Part shown: positions 60,270-64,000 of the stretch, one piece after another
Numbering within the stretch: the first letter of the stretch is position 1
Layout: the number at the start of each line of letters is the position of its first letter
Assembly (NCBI GenBank): GCA_021810105.1
Contig: JAJZJM010000001.1
Coordinates: forward strand, 296,850 to 360,849
DNA: 64,000 nucleotides
Direction: 5' to 3'
DNA from: Candidatus Micrarchaeota archaeon
Lineage (GTDB): Archaea; Micrarchaeota; Micrarchaeia; Micrarchaeales; Micrarchaeaceae
Notes under the pieces: model-generated
The model's database searches: none
Seen by the model: the letters and a program-made list of their open reading frames with translations, nothing else
Told to the model about the DNA's origin: nothing
Made by a program: the position numbers and the translations under genes

Positions 60270-60892
60270 TGGCAATAGAAAGAAAATTCCTAGAAGATTC
60301 TATAATAAAGCTGAACATAACAAAGTACCTTGAGAAAGAGCTATCGAAAGCGGGATTCTCCAGGGTAGACATACAGAAGACTCCTGTACTGACAAGGATA
60401 ACCGTTTATGTTCTTAGCCCAGGCAGAGTTATAGGAAGGTCTGGCAAGACGATAGATTCTCTGACCGATAGCATAAAGAAGCGTTTCAAAGTTGAAAACC
60501 CCCAGATAAATGTCATGGAAGTTGAAAATAAAATGCTAGAGCCGCTTCTTGTTGCAAGGGAGATAGCAGAGAAATTCGAGAGAGGCATAAATGCAAGGAA
60601 AGTGATACAGTCAATGCTAAAGCAGATACTTGATAATGGTGCAATTGGCGCAGAGATAATCGCAAGCGGAAAGCTCGCAGCAAAGGGAGCTCGTGCAAAG
60701 ACGATAATAAAGAGCGTAGGTTACATCCCAAAAGCCGGAGACGTGGTTAATTATGTAAGAGAGGCACACGCCACAGCGTATCCAAAATATGGCGCAATAG
60801 GGGTCAAAGTGAGAATCGTGCCTCCAGGAACCGTCTTCCCCGGAATGAAAATAAAACCGATAGAAATACCGAAATCAATACTTAACAGTTAA
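60269..60892 (+). CDS. rps3: 30S ribosomal protein S3
   Basis: KH domain PGRVIGR.G, GA.G.EI..SGKL, G..GVKV.I. Confidence 0.96.
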   Translation: MAIERKFLEDSIIKLNITKYLEKELSKAGFSRVDIQKTPVLTRITVYVLSPGRVIGRSGKTIDSLTDSIKKRFKVENPQINVMEVENKMLEPLLVAREIAEKFERGINARKVIQSMLKQILDNGAIGAEIIASGKLAAKGARAKTIIKSVGYIPKAGDVVNYVREAHATAYPKYGAIGVKVRIVPPGTVFPGMKIKPIEIPKSILNS

Positions 60893-60925
60893 ATTGCTTT
60901 GCTTTAGAATGCTATAGATGTTCTA

Positions 60926-63900
60926 ATGGTCCTGGTATTAGCTACAATATTAATCGCATTCATCTCCATATTCATACCAGGTATGCTCTTGGCGCTGGCT
61001 CTGCTGTACAAAAGAACAGAGCTGCATATATTTGAGATAACAGTAATAGGATTCATCTTTGGATTGATGGGGCCTGCAGGCCTTACATGGATAGAATCAT
61101 TTCTTATAGATAAGTTCCACGCATTCTCATTCTCTCTCGGGCTTTTCGAGGCAAATGCGCTTCTGCTAACAATAATAGGCATAGTGCTCTGCATCCAGCA
61201 AGGTGTATTTTCAAACATAGACATAAAAGGGCTGACCAGGAGCGTGCAGATAAAGAAAGAGGAGGCTATCATAAAAGAATCCGAAGCCAATCTCATGAAA
61301 AGGCTCGAGGATACCAGGGCAAGGCTCTCTTATTATGAAGATGCGAGAGAGATAATAGAGAAGCACAAAGCAGAGGAGCACGAGCTAAGGAAGAAACACA
61401 CAGAAGAGCAAAAAATGATAAATCAGCTGGATGCCAACGACAGGACAAAACTTGCCGAACTGCACAAAACCGAAGAGGAAAAGCTTGCAGCAGACCACGA
61501 AAGGGAAGAGATGATACTCCTCAATAGACTTAACAAGCCTGAGCAGTCAAAGCAGTTCATAAATCTAAAGACATCGTGGCCATGGATTATTCTTCTGGCA
61601 TTGATGATACTGTCGTTTGCAACAAGGATACAGGGGATAGCAACCTCTCCAAGTTATTTCGAATTCGACCCATATTTTGACATGATGGCAGCGCAGTCTA
61701 TACTGGTATACGGGCAGCAGTTCTATACTGCGCATTCGGCATGGCCTGTAGAACTTAGCGGGTCCGTAATGAGGATACAGCCCATAATTCCTTATCTGGA
61801 AGCGTACTGGTACGACCTGGCAAATTACCTTGGGCCCAAAAACTACCAGACATTCAGCACAAGCCTAATGAGCTATGTAGGATCTTTCTATCCTCCCATC
61901 ACGGCAGCACTTCTGGTTTTCGCTGTATTCGTGCTACTTTACAGAGAGTATGGAAAATATGTGGCTCTGATAGCGAGCTCAATAGCCGCATCAATGCCAG
62001 TGCTTTTCACAACCTTCATAGCTGGAGAGCAGCTCCTTGAGCCATGGGGGATATTCTCACTATTCTTCTTCTTTGCAATGTATGTGCTTGCGATAAGAGA
62101 CATGAAGAATTCAAGGCTGGCAATACTTGCAGGAATTGCATTCGCCTCAACATTCCTGGGTGCACACTATTATACTGTAGATGCCGGAGTATTCGCGATA
62201 TACATAATCCTCCAAGGAATAATAAGCATAATGAGGGGCAGCATAAACAAGTACTTCTACAAGATGAATGTGATAATGCTTATAGTCATAGCAATCTTCC
62301 TTGCTGCTTATACTGCATACAAATCAACCCTATCAGGAGCGATACCTTCCGTATTGGGACTTCCGACAACAATAGCATGGCCCTTGCTAGCGCTGATTCT
62401 GGTTGCATTCATAGATTATGGACCGAAACTTCTCAAACGCTTTGGAATTTTCTTCAAAAAACTTGATTGGAGAGAGTACATAATGTGGCTGGTTGTGGTG
62501 ATAATACTGGCATCTGCGGTCACAATAGTCTCGCCTCTATACAGGTCTCTTAAAGGCTACATAAACATAAGCGCGCACTACACGACTCCTTCCATACCTC
62601 TATTCATGACTGTACAGGAATTTGAGCCTACAGGACTGCTCTATGACTTTGGCGCAGCGGGTGTTGGGTTAATAGGTGCAAGTATAGGCGGAGTGCCTAT
62701 AGTGGCTTGGCTTGTTGCTGGAATAGGCATATTATTGCTGCTTATGAGCGTAATAATAAGGAGAAGCGAAACAGGAATACTCTACATAGCAATAGCATTG
62801 CCTATAATGTTCGCAGGCTTCTCAGAGGTCAAATACCTGCCACATTTCGGGATAGTGCTGATAGTGCTGCTTGGCGCCATAATAGGAGAAGCGCTCATAC
62901 TTGCAGACAGCGACTTCAATATTAAGAAATACTCAAAAGCAATGCAGCACGGATTTGGCCCTCACGACTTCAATAATGCATACAAAAATCACAAGCAATT
63001 CTTCTTTGCAATAATCGCAATAGGCTTATTCTTCATATCTCCTATCCTTGCAATAATAATGCTGCTCGCGGTTATATTCATAGCCAAACCTGAGAAAGCC
63101 ACATACTTATGGGCACTCTTTGTCTTCTTTATTATAATAGAGGTTGCAGCGCTTCTAGTTAACCATCAGCTAATGCTAGGCGAATCCGGGGCAATACTTC
63201 AGTCTATATCTGCATCATATATCTTCTCTTCCAATTCCGCAAATGCATGCAACACATTCAATAGCAGGGGCAACTCTGTAGGTGCTGACATATACTGCAA
63301 CCAGGTTCCCTCATACTGGATCGCAGCTACGCAGTGGATGCAGAAGAATGTAGGCCCATTTGGCTATAGGATTCTCTCATGGTGGGATTATGGAGACTGG
63401 ATAAACTGGTTTGGAAACTCCCCGGCTGTAATAAGAGGGGACAATTCCGCACCAACAGAGGATTACGCTACAGCTGCCAGCTTCGTGCTAGGCCCAAAAG
63501 ACGGATACTACCCGAGCACAATGGCTCAGGTGATGAGCTCAAACCAGACAAAATACGTGCTTTTCGACCAGGGGCTTGTAGGGAAATGGCAAGCATTGGA
63601 TTTCCTAGCATGCGTAGATATAAATGCAACATCAAAAGCATACGCAATAGCGCAAGGCCAGGCGCAGAATCCTCCGCAGCCTTACGTCCTCGGCACTTCA
63701 GAGTGCGAGCTATCCCACGACCCACAGTTTGTACTTGTGCCTCTTCCAGCGTTGATACCTACAAACACATCTTCTCAGAACCTTTCGTATTACTGCAGCA
63801 GTTCCAATTCTACATCCCTTCTGATAAGCTCCTATCTTGTAGAGGGTAGCAGCCTGTCAAATCAGTCTGTCTGCGTGAGCGGGCAGCCTAACACAAAGGG

Positions 63901-64000
63901 CGTTCTTCAGGTGTACAATAAATCCGGAGGAAAGATGAATGCTGTTATCCAAGCAAGCCAATACGAAGGCGTAATAGATTTATCAGGCATACCTTTCGTA
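60926..64000 (+). CDS. aglB: Oligosaccharyltransferase AglB/STT3, open at window end (absent from ORF track)
   Basis: EFDPY at 61661 and WWDYG at 63380 are in frame with ATG 60926; polytopic membrane protein. Confidence 0.9.
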   Translation, partial: MVLVLATILIAFISIFIPGMLLALALLYKRTELHIFEITVIGFIFGLMGPAGLTWIESFLIDKFHAFSFSLGLFEANALLLTIIGIVLCIQQGVFSNIDIKGLTRSVQIKKEEAIIKESEANLMKRLEDTRARLSYYEDAREIIEKHKAEEHELRKKHTEEQKMINQLDANDRTKLAELHKTEEEKLAADHEREEMILLNRLNKPEQSKQFINLKTSWPWIILLALMILSFATRIQGIATSPSYFEFDPYFDMMAAQSILVYGQQFYTAHSAWPVELSGSVMRIQPIIPYLEAYWYDLANYLGPKNYQTFSTSLMSYVGSFYPPITAALLVFAVFVLLYREYGKYVALIASSIAASMPVLFTTFIAGEQLLEPWGIFSLFFFFAMYVLAIRDMKNSRLAILAGIAFASTFLGAHYYTVDAGVFAIYIILQGIISIMRGSINKYFYKMNVIMLIVIAIFLAAYTAYKSTLSGAIPSVLGLPTTIAWPLLALILVAFIDYGPKLLKRFGIFFKKLDWREYIMWLVVVIILASAVTIVSPLYRSLKGYINISAHYTTPSIPLFMTVQEFEPTGLLYDFGAAGVGLIGASIGGVPIVAWLVAGIGILLLLMSVIIRRSETGILYIAIALPIMFAGFSEVKYLPHFGIVLIVLLGAIIGEALILADSDFNIKKYSKAMQHGFGPHDFNNAYKNHKQFFFAIIAIGLFFISPILAIIMLLAVIFIAKPEKATYLWALFVFFIIIEVAALLVNHQLMLGESGAILQSISASYIFSSNSANACNTFNSRGNSVGADIYCNQVPSYWIAATQWMQKNVGPFGYRILSWWDYGDWINWFGNSPAVIRGDNSAPTEDYATAASFVLGPKDGYYPSTMAQVMSSNQTKYVLFDQGLVGKWQALDFLACVDINATSKAYAIAQGQAQNPPQPYVLGTSECELSHDPQFVLVPLPALIPTNTSSQNLSYYCSSSNSTSLLISSYLVEGSSLSNQSVCVSGQPNTKGVLQVYNKSGGKMNAVIQASQYEGVIDLSGIPFV

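Noticed and set aside
60904..63849. Short ORFs listed in the last 3 kb
   Set aside because: They are alternative-frame shadows of aglB, which runs off the window end.

Overview
Archaeal genomic window, most likely a Micrarchaeota (ARMAN-like, DPANN) genome. This is inferred from a three-unit-sized tRNA splicing endonuclease, gyrAB, archaeal ribosomal and information-processing genes, and acidophile-type surface proteins. Most of the window is core housekeeping: thermosome, adk/L34e/cmk/L14e, mre11, prefoldin, nuoABCD, lhr, gyrBA, endA/dph5/radA, nadA, aIF2a/L44e/Gins51, TFE, L15e, the L3-S3 ribosomal block, aglB, and four tRNAs (two with introns). Three accessory blocks stand out. (1) 9.8-17.2 kb: an operon of a MoxR AAA+ ATPase, a HEXXH-metallopeptidase/vWA protein and seven paralogous helical-repeat genes. 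Six of these form a perfect tandem array built from 78-bp modules whose number and variable residues differ between copies. This is the best candidate for an undescribed diversified-receptor system. (2) 38-46.8 kb, after tRNA-Lys: a surface operon whose subunits share a Cys-closed Ig-like domain with apparent donor strands, a possible archaeal fimbria/attachment fibre. (3) 0.24-3.4 kb: a mevalonate kinase/CYTH/MBL/truncated-PMK cassette flanked by a 50-bp exact direct repeat next to an intron-containing tRNA-Trp. All protein calls rest on motif recognition by eye; no searches were run.
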